Shown in pieces: positions 26,290 to 39,220 of a stretch of 64,000 nucleotides of DNA. Where the stretch lies: contig NC_087249.1 in NCBI RefSeq assembly GCF_037042905.1, positions 6,946,001 through 7,010,000 of the forward strand, given 5' to 3'. Under the pieces are notes generated by a model. The model was given only the letters and a program-made list of their open reading frames with translations, searched no databases and was not told the origin of the DNA. This DNA is from Lytechinus pictus. Lineage: Eukaryota. Within the stretch, counting starts at the first letter, position 1, and each line of letters begins with the position of its first letter. The position numbers and the translations under genes were made by a program.

Positions 26290-27646
26290 CAGTGGCGTAG
26301 CTAGGATTTTTTTCCTGGGGGGGCACTGGGGGGTCCTTGCTTTTTCAGAGGGGGCACCATTTTTTCCGGTGTGTGTATGTGTCACAAGGGCGGATCCGAC
26401 TTTCGTCAATAGGGGACGGGGCCCGAAATTATCTTCACCTATATTTTCCCCGATCAGTCCCTTCTCAGTTTTATTCTTATAAAACAACATAAACATGAAA
26501 TAATCTCATAAGCCTTATAAAAAGTGCGAGCGCGAAGCGCGAGCGATTTTTTTTTTTTTACTTTCATGTATTTTGTCCTGAAAATTTGATATTCTGGGCA
26601 ATGTTATGTGTGATCCTGAACAAGATTCGTATGTAACTATGGTTACTGCGAACGCCAAGCGTTAGCAGAAATTTTTATTAACTGTTCTAGCATTATCGAA
26701 AAGGGACCTGTTAAGGAAGACGGTATATATTTCAATAATGCGAGCGCGAAGTGCGAGCAAATTTTTTTGACATTCCGACCTAAAAAAATGGTCATTCTAA
26801 GCACTTTTTGTATTAATGAATGGGATAGTTATGTAACTAAACAATTGATGCGAGCGCGAAGCGCGAGAGGTAGAAAATTGAGATTTTAGACCTAAAAGCG
26901 GGACACTATATTCATATTTTGTAAATCATAAATAGGATATAGTTAATTGGGTATCATTAATAATGCGATCGTGAAGCGTGAGCAGACAATTATTGATATT
27001 TTGATGTGAAACTGGATAATTTAAGTACATTTTAAATAAAGAACATGCAGGCTATCGCGCATGTTTTAGATTTAGACCTAGAATCTGGGCATTCTGAATA
27101 CATTTGTTTAATGGAACATTATGGAATACACGTAGCCGGGACGCGTAGACAATATGAACTTGGCAAATCAAACAATGTGACCACGCAGCGTGAGCTTAAA
27201 ATGCTGATATGTAGACCATAAAATGGACATTTTACAGAGCACTTAAATTTGTAAATGAAAAAAAATAATGAAAGCTCGATGTCCGAGCTAAAATATGTTT
27301 TGTATATTGACTTCAAAACTTGCTCCATATCAGCCTATTGAGCAAGATATGAATCTCATCGAACAGGCAATTCTGGCGCGAAGCGCAAGCAAAAATTTTA
27401 TAAAGTAACATGAAGGATTTTTTTTTTTGCAAGTCTTCCCCTCACATTATATCATTCACTCGTCTTCCTCCTCTTATTTTCCTCTTTTTTTTTTTCTTCT
27501 GTCTTTCTTCTTCTTTTCCTTTTCTTCTTTCTCCCTTTTTTTTTGCTCTGCCATTTTTTTTCAGGAGGGGCTCCTGGGGGGGGCACACCAAATCTCAGGG
27601 GGGGGGCACGTGCCCCCCAGGCCCCCCCCCCGTAGCTACGCCACTG
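26290..27646. mobile_element. hAT-like MITE related to 55557-56520
   Basis: TIRs cagtggcgtagcta / tagctacgccactg; about 110-bp internal units with gcgagcgcgaagcgcgag; no clean TSD seen. Confidence 0.65.
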
Positions 27647-29100
27647 ACTGCAGGTTGTCATGATTAACTCGACGCCATCTCCTTCTCTACTCTTAGCCTT
27701 CTGTACCCTCAATACTTTAGCGGTTCCAGGTGGGGGCACATCCGTACTGTACGTGTCCCCCCACCCCGTACTTTAAAATGAAAATGTCGTGGCATAAATC
27801 ACCATTATTCTGGAGTGAGGACCCTTTTTCTTTTCTTTTTCTCTCTCTCTCTCTTTTTTGCTTGTCCATTTTTTTTTCTGAACAAAAATGCCTCCCCCAG
27901 AAAGTCTTGGATCCGCCCCAGCCAAATTTTAATATCTCCACCTTCCTCATCTCATCATTTCTTTTGATCTTTTCTCTTATTGCTTACTCTCTAACTTTTT
28001 CTCCCAAAACAATGTCTCCTGTTGCACCCTTTCTCTCTGTCAAGGATACAACCTCCATTTCATACTCATTGAACTCTATGCCCCCCCCCCCTTCTACACA
28101 TCTCTAATAAATTCTTTTGCACTCACTTTCACAATTTACATTTCCCCTCAGCTCGGAAAAAATAAAATTATACAGATGTACCAACTTTAGTATACCCTGA
28201 AATAGTGAATAAAATGATTTATTACTTGCTTATTTTATATTAACACAATTCAAAAATTTTACACTTTAATAAATTATGCCATGTCTAGTTTGAAGACTAA
28301 TCTCCAAATCCTGTGTCTGGGCATGTTTCATAAAACTTGTTATAATAACCTATTTGCAATAACAGTTACAAGCTACTGAGATCCTTCGATCTGATTGGCT
28401 AATAGTTTACTTGTTATAGAAACTGGGCATTTGTTATTGAACCAAGTCTTTGTGAAACAGGACCCAGGTGAGAAGCCAAATTACGAATGAATTTCTGTGG
28501 TCCAAAAAGATTTGACTTACAGGCAAAGATACCTGTATTAAAGTAAAATGATGTCATAGTCATATCAATACATTGATGTATTACAATATCCAGTAGGCCT
28601 ATATATAATAGAAAAGAATGAATACTTCCATACAGCCAAAGTTTACAATTTTCAGCAGTATATTCCTGATTTATAGAGCACCAAATAGGAAAATTATTAC
28701 ATCAATTGTAAAAAAAAAAATTAATACTTCCATATTGCCACTGAATAACAATTACTGATTAATGGCATATCCTATGTCAAATGCCTTTGGGAATTTCAAC
28801 AAGGTGTCAATTTTTAGGCATGCTATTTTTCAAAATAAAAAAATACAAAAGACCCGTTTCATCATACTCATTCACAAATCAAACCTGCAAATCTGTTCAT
28901 TTTTCAGCTATAAACTTGGAAGTTAGGAAGAAGCCATTGCTATGTAATCAATGTCCTTTTTGAACACTTCAAAATCTGGCAAAGCGATTTGAAATTTTGT
29001 TGTTCATGATCTGCTATTAAAGGTACGGTATTTTGGATAATAAAAGCGACCTGTACTATCATATAACACCTGCTGAGGTATCCACAAAACACTATGTTAA

Positions 29101-29339
29101 AGGGGAATACATCCTTGGTCATAAAATGTTGTACGAGAGAGGAGAAAAATAAGTCAACAGAATGGTGAAAGTTTGAAAGAAAATGGTATGGGTATTGTGA
29201 TTACCAATTTTTACAACTCTTAAATATTCATAACTTTCTTATCGTTATGGTAGTCCAATATTGTTCAATTTTCACATTTTGCCTGATTTTTTAGTTTTCC
29301 TCTAAAAGCGTTTTTTTTTCATTTGGGTTGAATTTCCCT
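29101..29339. mobile_element. Kolobok-like MITE (degenerate)
   Basis: TTAA|aggggaat..atttccct|TTAA. Confidence 0.6.
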
Positions 29340-30401
29340 TTAATTCCATTGCCTTTTACATGTACAACAATATAATTTTAAATTTGTTGAAGTTGAAGCT
29401 ATTTCAGAAGTCCTAATAAATTCTTCTTATATTTATAAAACCATTTGTATTAAGCTCAAGTTTTCCTAGTAATAACTGGAAGGAATTCAGTCGGGTAAGT
29501 TCATCCTTATCTGTCCTCGACAAGTTCTCCTGTTGCATTATCTGGTATACAAATAAAGAATGTGTACGAGTGCAATGGACGGAATATTTCACGAGGTGAA
29601 TGAATCATTTCATCTTTCACAGAATGAATTATTCTGTCCATTGCACAAATGAAAAAAAAATCATTATTTGTTTTATTCATCATCTAAAATTAGATCCTTG
29701 TCATTTGACATTTATGAATGCAGCGCATGCAGCAGAGTGAGACTGGTCTGTTGATTGCCGGATAAATACAGAGTTACACACCCAGCAAACGCAAGTGTTT
29801 TTAACAAAATCATATGAATCCAGATTTGCACAATGAATAGAGTCAAAATTGCACTGACCATGACGTCTGTGTAATATGGGCTAACTATGAAACAACCACT
29901 CAAATTGCAAGGATCTAGATCCCATTGACATATATTGCAAAATATTGTAGCAACAAGTGATATGACACAAATAATGCACATTTATGAGTGTGTTGTGACG
30001 ATGCAGCACGTCTGAGGGTATTTGCAACATGTAACTCGCCTCGTGCTTTTGATTTGAGATGCCTGCATTGTCCATAAAATCATAAATTTTAAAATGTGCA
30101 TTATTTTTTTTTTTAAACAGGTACTAGAAAGGTTGTTCAAATTTTTGAGGATCGCATCTGCTTTTAATTATGACTTCACAGGCGTATCTACAGTAGTATG
30201 TGTGCCTATATAAGTGCATCTAAATCCTTGATAACATTTCTGATGGCGTCTCAGTTTTTATGCACTATGGGTAAAATGATGCACCCAAAGTGCACAGTGC
30301 TGCACAAATAATGTACGATTGAGAGGTTGCGTAGAATAAAGCAAGGACATGTGACTTGCTACACATTCACTGTCTACTGGCTGTATCCTTGAATCATTAT
30401 A

Positions 30402-31220
30402 CAGTGCGTCCCACAAAAAACGAAACCGAGATTTATCAATGATCTATCATAACTTAATAACAAATCCAATAGACAAATGACCTACCATTGTAAAGCTTAG
30501 AATCTCCTCTTTCATCTGAAATTACTTAGATTATTTCTCATTCACGCATGAGTGAGCTAAAACAATTTGAAGATGGGATACCAAAAAGCCATTTGGCGGG
30601 CTGTATCTGAATTTCAAACAGAAAATCACATGCCTAAAAAGTTCAATATCTGCTCTTTAATTTGATACCTCAATTATAGAAAATGGTCAAGAAATAACAA
30701 AGTTCTGGTTATTTGAAATAAGGCTTGAATTTCAATAATTTCATAAAATGAAGAGGTTTTACAAGCTAGCGTTCAAATTCGCTCGACACTACGTTTTGTT
30801 GACGATCAGCCATACATTAAGTCTTTTGTTAACCATGCGATAGCTTCTGTGGGAAACCGGTGAAAACACGTTTATTTAATTAAATTATGGAAATACAAGC
30901 ATTGTTTCGAGGGAACATAACTTTTTTACTTCTTGACCATTTTTGTGATTAAGGTATCAAATAAAAGAGCAGATATTAAACTTTTTAGGCATGTGATTTT
31001 CTGTTTGAAATTCAGATACCCCCCGCCAAATGAGTTTTTGGTATCCTTTCTTCAAATTGTTTTTGCTCACTCATGCCTGAATGAGGAATACTCTAAGCAA
31101 TATCAGATGAAAGAGGAGATTCTAAGCTTTATATTGGTAGGTCATTTGTCTACTGTATTTGTGATTAAGCTATGATAAATCATCGCTTGATCTCGGTTTC
31201 ATTTTTTCTGGGACGCACTG
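30402..31220. mobile_element. Tc1/mariner-like MITE, nearly fully palindromic
   Basis: TA|cagtgcgtccca..tgggacgcactg|TA; inverted arms longer than 300 bp. Confidence 0.85.
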
Positions 31221-31535
31221 TATAATACGCATTAGATTAGATATCTGTAACCACAATAAAACTTGTTAATTTATATTGCCTTTTACACCATGGAAGTTCA
31301 AATTTGTTGAAGTTGAAGTTACTTCAGAGGGCAAACAAATTCTTAATGCTAACCCAACTGTATTAAACTCCTCTGTCACAACTCGAAGGCATTCAATGAA
31401 AGGTGAGCTTATTCTTCTCCTCCTCAACAGATTTTAGAATATTGTACATGTACATTCTTCTGTAGAATAGGATCAAACAATTGCAACAAGTGATAATTAT
31501 AGCACATTAATTAAATATCGACTTAATTCTATCGT

Positions 31536-31893
31536 GGAAGCATCGTGGTGTAGTGGTTCTGACTCTCGCCTTGCAATAATCAGAGGGTCGTGTGTTCAAA
31601 TCCCACTATGGCCTATAGCGTCCTTTGGCAAGACGTCAATCCACACTTTGCCACTCTTCACCCAGGTGTTAAATGGGTACCCGGTAGGATGCGAAAGCCT
31701 ATAGATGTAGTATGCTTGGAAGTCGAGTCTTGGAACTCTTGTTGGAATGCTCCCCATGGAGTGGAGAAGATACGAACATTGTGTGCGGGCATGCCAGGAT
31801 CCTATGACTGGGATAATAATATATATGTTAAGCGCTTAGAGAGACGTCGTTCTGATGTATTAAGCGCTATATAAAAGCTGATTATTATTATTA
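31536..31893 (+). mobile_element. tRNA-derived SINE with L2-like tail
   Basis: A box tggtgtagtgg, B box gttcaaatcc, central cacccaggtgttaaatgggtacc, aagcgctatata tail and (att)n. Confidence 0.85.
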
Positions 31894-32004
31894 ATTTAAT
31901 GTATCCACAATTCACCATATTATGTTCATATTGCTTTTTCCACCAATGTTAGTTCAAATTTCGTTAAGTTAATAAAGCTGTTCCATTAGGCTCCAATTCT
32001 CCTG

Positions 32005-32307
32005 TCATGACTGGAAAGCATTCAGAAAGGTAAGCTCATTCTCTTCCTCCCCAACATGTTTTACTATTGTAGCTTCTTCTGCGTAGGACTGCATCTTCAA
32101 CATCGTCTTCTTTTCAAGTTCCTTATCTTTGGCACTCATTTCTTTACCTTTCTCCATGGCAAAGAAGAAGAAGTGGAACTGTTCCCCAAGTATCACCAAC
32201 TCAATGTCCCATTTGAAGACGCTCCTTGCAAGGAGAGGGCGTCTGAAATGCGGCTGTGCGAAGGTAAGCGAGAGGAAGCGTCCAGCTGGCTTCAAAACCC
32301 TGCTCAC
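32005..32307 (-). CDS. EEF1AKMT4: EEF1AKMT4-like, exon 4 (last coding exon)
   Basis: tag|GTG; VSRVLKPAGRFLSLTFAQPHFRR..FHFFFFAMEKG..TGA; spliced CDS 768 nt = 255 aa. Confidence 0.88.
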   Translation of the reverse strand: MSRVLKPAGRFLSLTFAQPHFRRPLLARSVFKWDIELVILGEQFHFFFFAMEKGKEMSAKDKELEKKTMLKMQSYAEEATIVKHVGEEENELTFLNAFQS

Positions 32308-33141
32308 CTAGATAATTGTGTGAAATAAAAAGTAATATCTCACATCAATAAAAAAGTACCGACACAGAATGAAGAAAAATGTAAACATATATGTCAGGAA
32401 TATTATCAGTCTAAATAAGTAGTCTAATTACTGTTGGTAAAAAGATTCTTGCAGTTTTTCAAAATATACATCCCTACTGTGCTGCACTTGATTTAAGAGA
32501 TTTTAATGTTGGTGGGATCCACTTCCAGAACTTTAGATCCAAACCACTGAACGTTATCAAGAGACAATGAAGCTGTCGACGTAGCAGGTGTCACAAAAGA
32601 TAAATTGTGCACAATATATCTATATAGACAGCATGTTGAAAATTGTTATTTTTCCTGTATTAGGCTATGGTCGACAACTTCTGACATAGGTATTAATGAC
32701 AAACTTGCTTAAAATCAAAGTCAAGAATGAGGATATCTAACAGATGACAGATTCAGAGCAAATGAAAAGTGAGCAAACAACTAATGACAGGTCATATCAT
32801 ATAGATATTTTTTTTCTTAATTCATTAAAATTTGTATCCAATTTCATTCATAAAAATTCATGAATTACAGCTATCTTTAATAATTCATTCTGATTTGACC
32901 TAATATGACCTTTGAACTTCTACTGCAATGTGACATATGACCCTTAAACAATAATGTAGGACATTGCTGTAGGGCATCAACATGAAAAAACAAACAAATA
33001 AACAGATATGATTACTAACAGGGAGTTTGGTTAAACAAATTTAGTAGCTGAGTAGAGTATCTGTCCCATGTGACCTTTTGACAAACTAACAAGACCAATG
33101 ATTGACCTCAAGATATCATTTTTTTTCTTAAGAAATTGTTA

Positions 33142-33324
<183 letters not shown>

Positions 33325-33866
33325 TCATATTGTACCTCCCTACATGTAGGCAGGATAGTATGAATAGGCATTTATCTAATCAATACCCTGTAATCTCTAG
33401 CTGGTTTAAGAATTTGACCATCCCACCCCCCCCCACCAATAAAGTGAATTCACAGTCGGGGTCAGAAGTGGTGGGAATGTCAGTTAGCCATAATTAGCAT
33501 GTCTGCAGTATAGACAGTCTGTCATGTCAGAATATCCCTTAAACACTAAAACAAAAACAAAATAAAGTAAAAACAAAACAACACTATTAGGAATGGATTG
33601 AGATTGTACCAGATTTCAGCTTTAGAGCTATATGATATTTAAGTTATCTGATCTACAGACACATTTATATTCAAAGCTATTTTTGAATTTTCATCCTATA
33701 ACTGAATAAGTTCTGTTTTTAGACACCATACTGACAGTGCTTCACGACCAATCGAAATCAAGGAAAGTTGTAAGATCTGACAATTTGTCTGATGGGGAAA
33801 TGACATTGTTGATCAAATGCCCCCCCCCTTAAAATACCCTTTTATATGCCATCTGTGTCAACATAC

Positions 33867-34023
33867 TTTAAATCTTTGATATCCATCACCATCCACTCCA
33901 TGGTTGGACAATGTTCATGTTTCTCTTTCATCTTCTCAATGCATACCGATGAGAAATCTACGTTGACGATGTTGTGATATCCATCCTCGTACATCTCCAG
34001 ACTGAGCGTGCTAGTACCACAGC
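33867..34023 (-). CDS. EEF1AKMT4: EEF1AKMT4-like, exon 2 (SAM-binding GCG motif)
   Basis: ttttag|GC TGT GGT; GCGTSTLSLEMYEDGYHNIVNVDFS..WMVMDIKDL AA|gtatgt; 157 nt. Confidence 0.88.
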
Positions 34024-34517
34024 CTAAAAACAAATTAGCAAGAGAGAGATAGAGAAGAAAAAAATAATGGAATGTACGCTAATGTCAATGACCAATCATC
34101 ATGCATTATTCATTTCTACTGCGCATCACTGACCAAAATCATGAGAATAGCTTGACCAACTGATATTTCAAAATTCAGACACAAAAAAATAATTTGCTAC
34201 AATATTTTTTATCCCTGAGGCTGATTAGACTGATTTGAAAACAACTGCAATTGAACATAATTTCTGAAAATTTAAAACAAAGGGTTCAATATATAGCAGA
34301 TACATATTTTACAATGGAGCCCTCATCAAAAAGATTAAAAACCACCAAACACCAAAATAGACACCGCCGTTACTTGCAAATTACATTTCTTTCCAGGCTA
34401 AATAAAAACAATAAAGAGGCATAAAATGGGCTTACATTAGATTAGTGATACTCTTGTGTGAATTAGGACTCCAGCCCACTAATGTGAGGTTCCTATATCT
34501 CCATCCCAACAATACTA

Positions 34518-34766
34518 AAATAATCGCTAGAGGGTATTCATTTGTCTCGCAATCTACTATGGTCAACAAGGAAATAATTTTCGTCACTTGATAAAGAGTT
34601 GCAGCGGCACTCGAAAGCTTGTGAACTTGTAAGCTAGTGAACACTTCGCGAGAGTGATCACGAATTTCCTAGAAAGCTAGTGAACACTTTTTGCAAGAGT
34701 GATCACGAATTTCCTTGTTGACCATAGTAGATTGCGAGACAAATGAATACCCTCTAGCGATTATTT
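34518..34766. repeat. Perfect 58-bp inverted repeat enclosing short direct repeats (EEF1AKMT4-like intron 1)
   Basis: 34518-34575 is the reverse complement of 34709-34766; aagctagtgaacactt..agagtgatcacgaatttcc occurs twice. Confidence 0.85.
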
Positions 34767-34935
34767 CAGTCCGCAATAATGAACCTATTTAGTAATACTA
34801 AAATAGTAATACTTCAGACAAGCAAAACACAGAATATTTCATTAAAAAAAAAAATTAAAAAATTGAACACAGACAGAAAATTTCGGTTAAGCATGAATCT
34901 AGTTGAGTCTTCTCCCAAGAGTTTCCTAAGTTTAC

Positions 34936-35116
34936 CTAGCATGAGTATTCTTTCGTGTTTATCCACATATTTTTCCACAAGATGACTAAATTGTTGATAC
35001 TCCAACAACCAGTCGAATGACTCCTCCCCTTGAAATCTTTCATTCCAGTAGCTTTCAGTTGTGAAATCTGGTCGTTTTGGCCTCATTTTCCTTGTCTCTG
35101 TGGTAGCAGTAGCCAT
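34936..35116 (-). CDS. EEF1AKMT4: EEF1A lysine methyltransferase 4-like, exon 1
   Basis: MATATT..YWNERFQGEESFDWLLEY..RILML G|gtaaa; 181 nt, phase 1; matches the family YW..R..DW..RIL.LGCG motif. Start codon choice is inferred. Confidence 0.82.
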
Positions 35117-35997
35117 CGTGAAGTGGCAATAAACACACATGAAATAGCATAGAGAAAGATTTCTTCCAAAAGTGTGGCTGTGCGATCAAAATTACTTCTC
35201 ACTCAATGAAACTGGAACTTGGAAGGGATCGGGGAGTTCAGTATTACCCCTTTTTACTTTTAGTTTCCAACGAACGGTCGGCGAACGGTACTCCAGTCCA
35301 GATTCAGCACCACCAAGGCACCTGCTATGCTATAGTATAGCTCTTTCAAGTTTCAATCCCAATACAAATTGTATTGTATTACAGTACAATACTCAATAGA
35401 CCAAAAATATTAAAGTTCCAGTCTCTGTACTCTGTATCTAGTGTAGGCCTACATTATATTGGCTATTTCGCCGAACTAGTAAAGGGTCAGGATGAATCCT
35501 CGGAATATTGGAAACGACGGTTATTACTGTCTACTCTTTCAATGAATTCACTCTGGCATATCAGCAGAAATTGAGCTCCATCCATATCCAGTCAGTTAAC
35601 AATACACGCGAAGATCCCCACACAATTACAATCATGCACACGGCCGGTCACGGAATCTTTGCACTTCAGGGTTTATGGAAAGCGAGGGATACTGTCGATA
35701 TTTTATATCAAAATTCTGATTAGTCACCCTCAAATGCATTTTGTCTTTTAAATAAAACCGTTTCGGAAGATTTATAATGAATTGAAATAAATTTCGAAAT
35801 TTTTCAGTGAAAGCTTTATGAAAACATTCTGCTACCAACTCTTCATCTTTTTTTCTTTTTTTTTAATCTTTAAATTTACAAAACCACTTGTGGCTTTCAA
35901 TAAACAAGCATTACACAACAAAAACAACTGCACGAGACTGAGCTTCGAAGGTCGTCTTAAAATTCTGTATAGTGGCCATTATTTAAAAAAATCCATC
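35117..35997. promoter_or_regulatory. Putative bidirectional promoter / 5' UTRs of EEF1AKMT4-like and NEIL1
   Basis: Divergent ATGs 881 bp apart; no obvious transposon and more CpG than the flanks. Confidence 0.6.
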
Positions 35998-36542
35998 ATG
36001 CCAGAAGGTCCTGAGCTACATTTGGCCAGTAGATTCGTAAATCAATCCTGCATTGGGCGCATTTTCAGTGGGAAAATTGATAAGAACCCGGTGCACAAGT
36101 GCAGCGACATTGAATTCGACGCGACAGAGTACACCATCGCCGCGGCTTCCCGGGGGAAGGAGATGCAGCTTACGCTAACAAAGCTCGACCGTGTCAACAT
36201 TGGAAAATCGGAAAGTAGCGATGGCGGTGGCGACAAGAAAAAGAAAACGCCAAGAGGAAGGAAGAAGACCATAGCCCAGGATCAGGACGAGACAGATGAT
36301 AAGAAGAAATTAAAGATTCCCGAGACACTAAAAATCCTATTCCGATTTGGGATGTCTGGAAACTTCCAATTTACCACACTGGACGATATCCACAAGCACG
36401 CCCATTTGAAATTCTACACGAATGATAAACCTCTAATGGTCTTGAGTTATGTTGATATTCGCAGATTTGGACGTTGGGAGGTTGGTGCGGATTGGTCTAA
36501 AAATCGTGGTCCTGATCCAATGTTTGAGTACCAAGCATTCAG
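35998..36542 (+). CDS. NEIL1: Endonuclease VIII-like 1 DNA glycosylase, exon 1
   Basis: MPEGPELHLAS catalytic N-terminus, RGKE, FRFGMSG, HAHL.FYT, VDIRRFGRW; ends AG|gtaagt. Confidence 0.95.
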
Positions 36543-37172
36543 GTAAGTTACCATCATTAGGTGTTATAATCATGTTTTAAAGATTAATAATAATATAAAG
36601 ATGATTTATCTCAGTCTGAAGACTCAGAAGTAACCTTGTTATTTTGTATGGCTTCAAATTAAATTGTAAATCTTGTTTTTGTTTATTGTATCCATGGTAC
36701 CTAAACTTTGAATAATAATTTTCAAAAATTAAATCTATGACTATGGTCAGGAAAAATTAAATATTATAGGACTTCTTTGAGAAATGGAAATTGGCCCTAA
36801 TTTAGAGATTTTGATATCTGTATATTACCATTCTTAGTGTGTTTGAAAATACAAATGATAAATAATGTAAATGATGTAAAATTGTCAATTTCAAATTTTC
36901 ATATGGAAGTATATTCCATGAAATTGTGTTCATTTGTTTTTGGTGATTTTTAATGTTTGAATTTTAGTCTGCTCTAATCTTATCAATCAACCAATTTTGG
37001 ATTTGACGGTAATCATTTTCTTCACAGTTTTGTTCAAATCTAACTGCACTGTAGTAGCTGTACACATGTAAATTATGAATTAGATGTTCTTTTAAGCTCT
37101 GTGTAGTGTACTATACATGTACTGTATGTCTTAGAATTTCAATGTCTCCAATCCGTAATTAATTCACCCTAG

Positions 37173-37292
37173 GTCTAAAGTGGTGGAGAACATCAACAAA
37201 GCAGCTTTTGATCAGCCAATCTGTGAAACTATGCTAAATCAGAAATTCTTCAATGGAATTGGCAACTATCTAAGAGCAGAAATTCTCTACAG
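37173..37292 (+). CDS. NEIL1: NEIL1 exon 2 (H2TH region)
   Basis: ctag|G; AFDQPICETMLNQKFFNGIGNYLRAEILY AG|gtttg; 120 nt. Confidence 0.93.
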
Positions 37293-37326
37293 GTTTGTTT
37301 GTGAATCTTTTCAATAAAACTAAAAG

Positions 37327-37757
37327 CAGGGTGCTACATAACTTTATAGAAGCACTTGCCCAGTCGGGCAAGTAAATTTTTAAATAGTTGGAATATACTT
37401 GCCCAAAAATATATTTCACTTGCCCTAAAAAATCCTTGAAAAAAAAGTTTTACCTCTTCAAAAGAAAGTTTTGCGGTTTTATGATAACCATTGACATTTT
37501 TATCTCTTTTGACATGAACTGATCTACCATGTTATTGAATTTCTTTTTCCAAAGTGATTTTATCTTGCCTGCCATGACCAAAATTAGGGTCAATATCATA
37601 TCGACCCTAATTTGGGTCATTCTACTGTGAGAATTTTGCTTTCTACTGTGTGAATTTTGCTTGCCCAATTCGGGCAAGTAGTTTTGGTCTTTACTTCAAA
37701 ACACTTGCCCGACTCTAACTTTTACTTGCCCCGGGCAAGTGCTTATGTAGCACCTTG
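37327..37757. mobile_element. MITE with CAGGG TIRs and 7-bp TSD (P-element-like) in NEIL1 intron 2
   Basis: cagggtgctac..gtagcaccttg; TSD ctaaaag on both sides; internal cttgccc repeats. Confidence 0.8.
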
Positions 37758-38216
37758 CTAAAAGAGAAGGTTTTGATTTTGAATCTAGTTTTTAATTAAT
37801 TAATTTTTATTGCAATTTTGATTAAATTATTTATTTTTATTTTTAAACTATGTATGAATGCAGTATTTTTTGTATTGATTGATTATTTAATGTAAATTGT
37901 TAATTTTTTTTCTGGGGGGGGGGGGGGTTGTCAATCGCCCCTAGCCTGCTTCCCCTACCCTCTTATGTCTGGCATGATTGGCAGTTCAACATCTTCAGTG
38001 AATGTATATTTAACCATGCTCATGGCAGAAACTTGATACCAATATTGACAGCATGGTAACATGGTAATGAGGACACATGGGGAAATGGTAGATAATCATT
38101 CCTTAAAATACAGCTTACAAAATGTATATAACGGCTGGTTTTGTAAGTCTAGTGTTGTTTATGCTGAAAGAGCACACACAGACTATCTAAAATTAGAAGT
38201 ACACTTTAGACCTTAA

Positions 38217-38787
38217 AGGGATCGTTTAACTTTGTGAGCAGCTGATTTAAAAATTTCTCAAACTGAGTTGAAATGTGCGTATGAGTGCCTGTATTTGTCC
38301 TCAAAACCCCTGAAACAGACCACAATATAGGATGAAAAACTCTAATTTAGATACAAGTAGCAGTTTATTAGCCTGATTTTGAGAACCGTCTAGTAGACGG
38401 GTTCAGCTTATGACCAGTTTTCTCCAATTCAAAAAGTCCGTTGGCTATTTTGACTGCCTTCTGTTGTGTGTATCTCCTATACTATACACACGCTATTAGC
38501 TGCACTGTACATTCAGTGTATACCTTGTACACATTAGGTCATGCTGTGTTCATCTAGAATTAATGTGTTGTGGTGCACAGATTCCCTGTATACACACTGT
38601 CATTGAAACCAACTCCCAATTATTTTCAAACTTTGGTTTACATCTCCAAGGTTTTAAAATTGATCCTGTAAATATATTACTTTGAAACTTTTGGGATGGT
38701 ATTTTTACACTATAAGCCTAATGTTTAGCCCATTTTCAGGAACCAAAATGAGAATTTTTTAAATCAGAACAAAGTGAAACGATCACT
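38217..38787. mobile_element. Kolobok-like MITE in NEIL1 intron 2
   Basis: TTAA|agggatcgtttaactttg..caaagtgaaacgatcact|TTAA. Confidence 0.72.
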
Positions 38788-39220
38788 TTAAGTAAGTGTC
38801 CTTACAGTCATTATTCTTGATTAAATTTTAGGCTCAATGAATGCTGATAATTATAATTTAGTGATTCAGTCGTTAAGATTACATAAATAGCATTGCCTAA
38901 TTGAAACGTAATATTTCAAGTTTTTACATACTACAATCGAAAATTGTACCTTTTGTCATAATGATATCACCCTGATCCTAAAAAGTGGCCAACTCATTGG
39001 TATTTTATAATATCATTTAAACATGATATATAAACTAGCTGATATTGTAAATAAAGAAAATTCCATACCGGTAACTAAGAAAGTTATCATTTGAGCTTGC
39101 TTGTATTCTGTTTTTGTCTAAAAGAAAGGTGAATGATATTAAACTATCATTGCATGATGGTATTGTATCTGTAAAGAAATTAAAATGAATATAAGGGATC
39201 TATGTTTCGTTATGTATCAG

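Noticed and set aside
31536..31615. tRNA genes at the SINE heads (also about 41388 and 51154)
   Set aside because: A/B boxes run into a shared SINE body and (att)n tail; no clean cloverleaf with an acceptor stem
35818..35997. 60-aa N-terminal extension of NEIL1 in the ORF track
   Set aside because: Fpg/Nei enzymes need the N-terminal Pro of MPEGPE, so the start is the ATG at 35998
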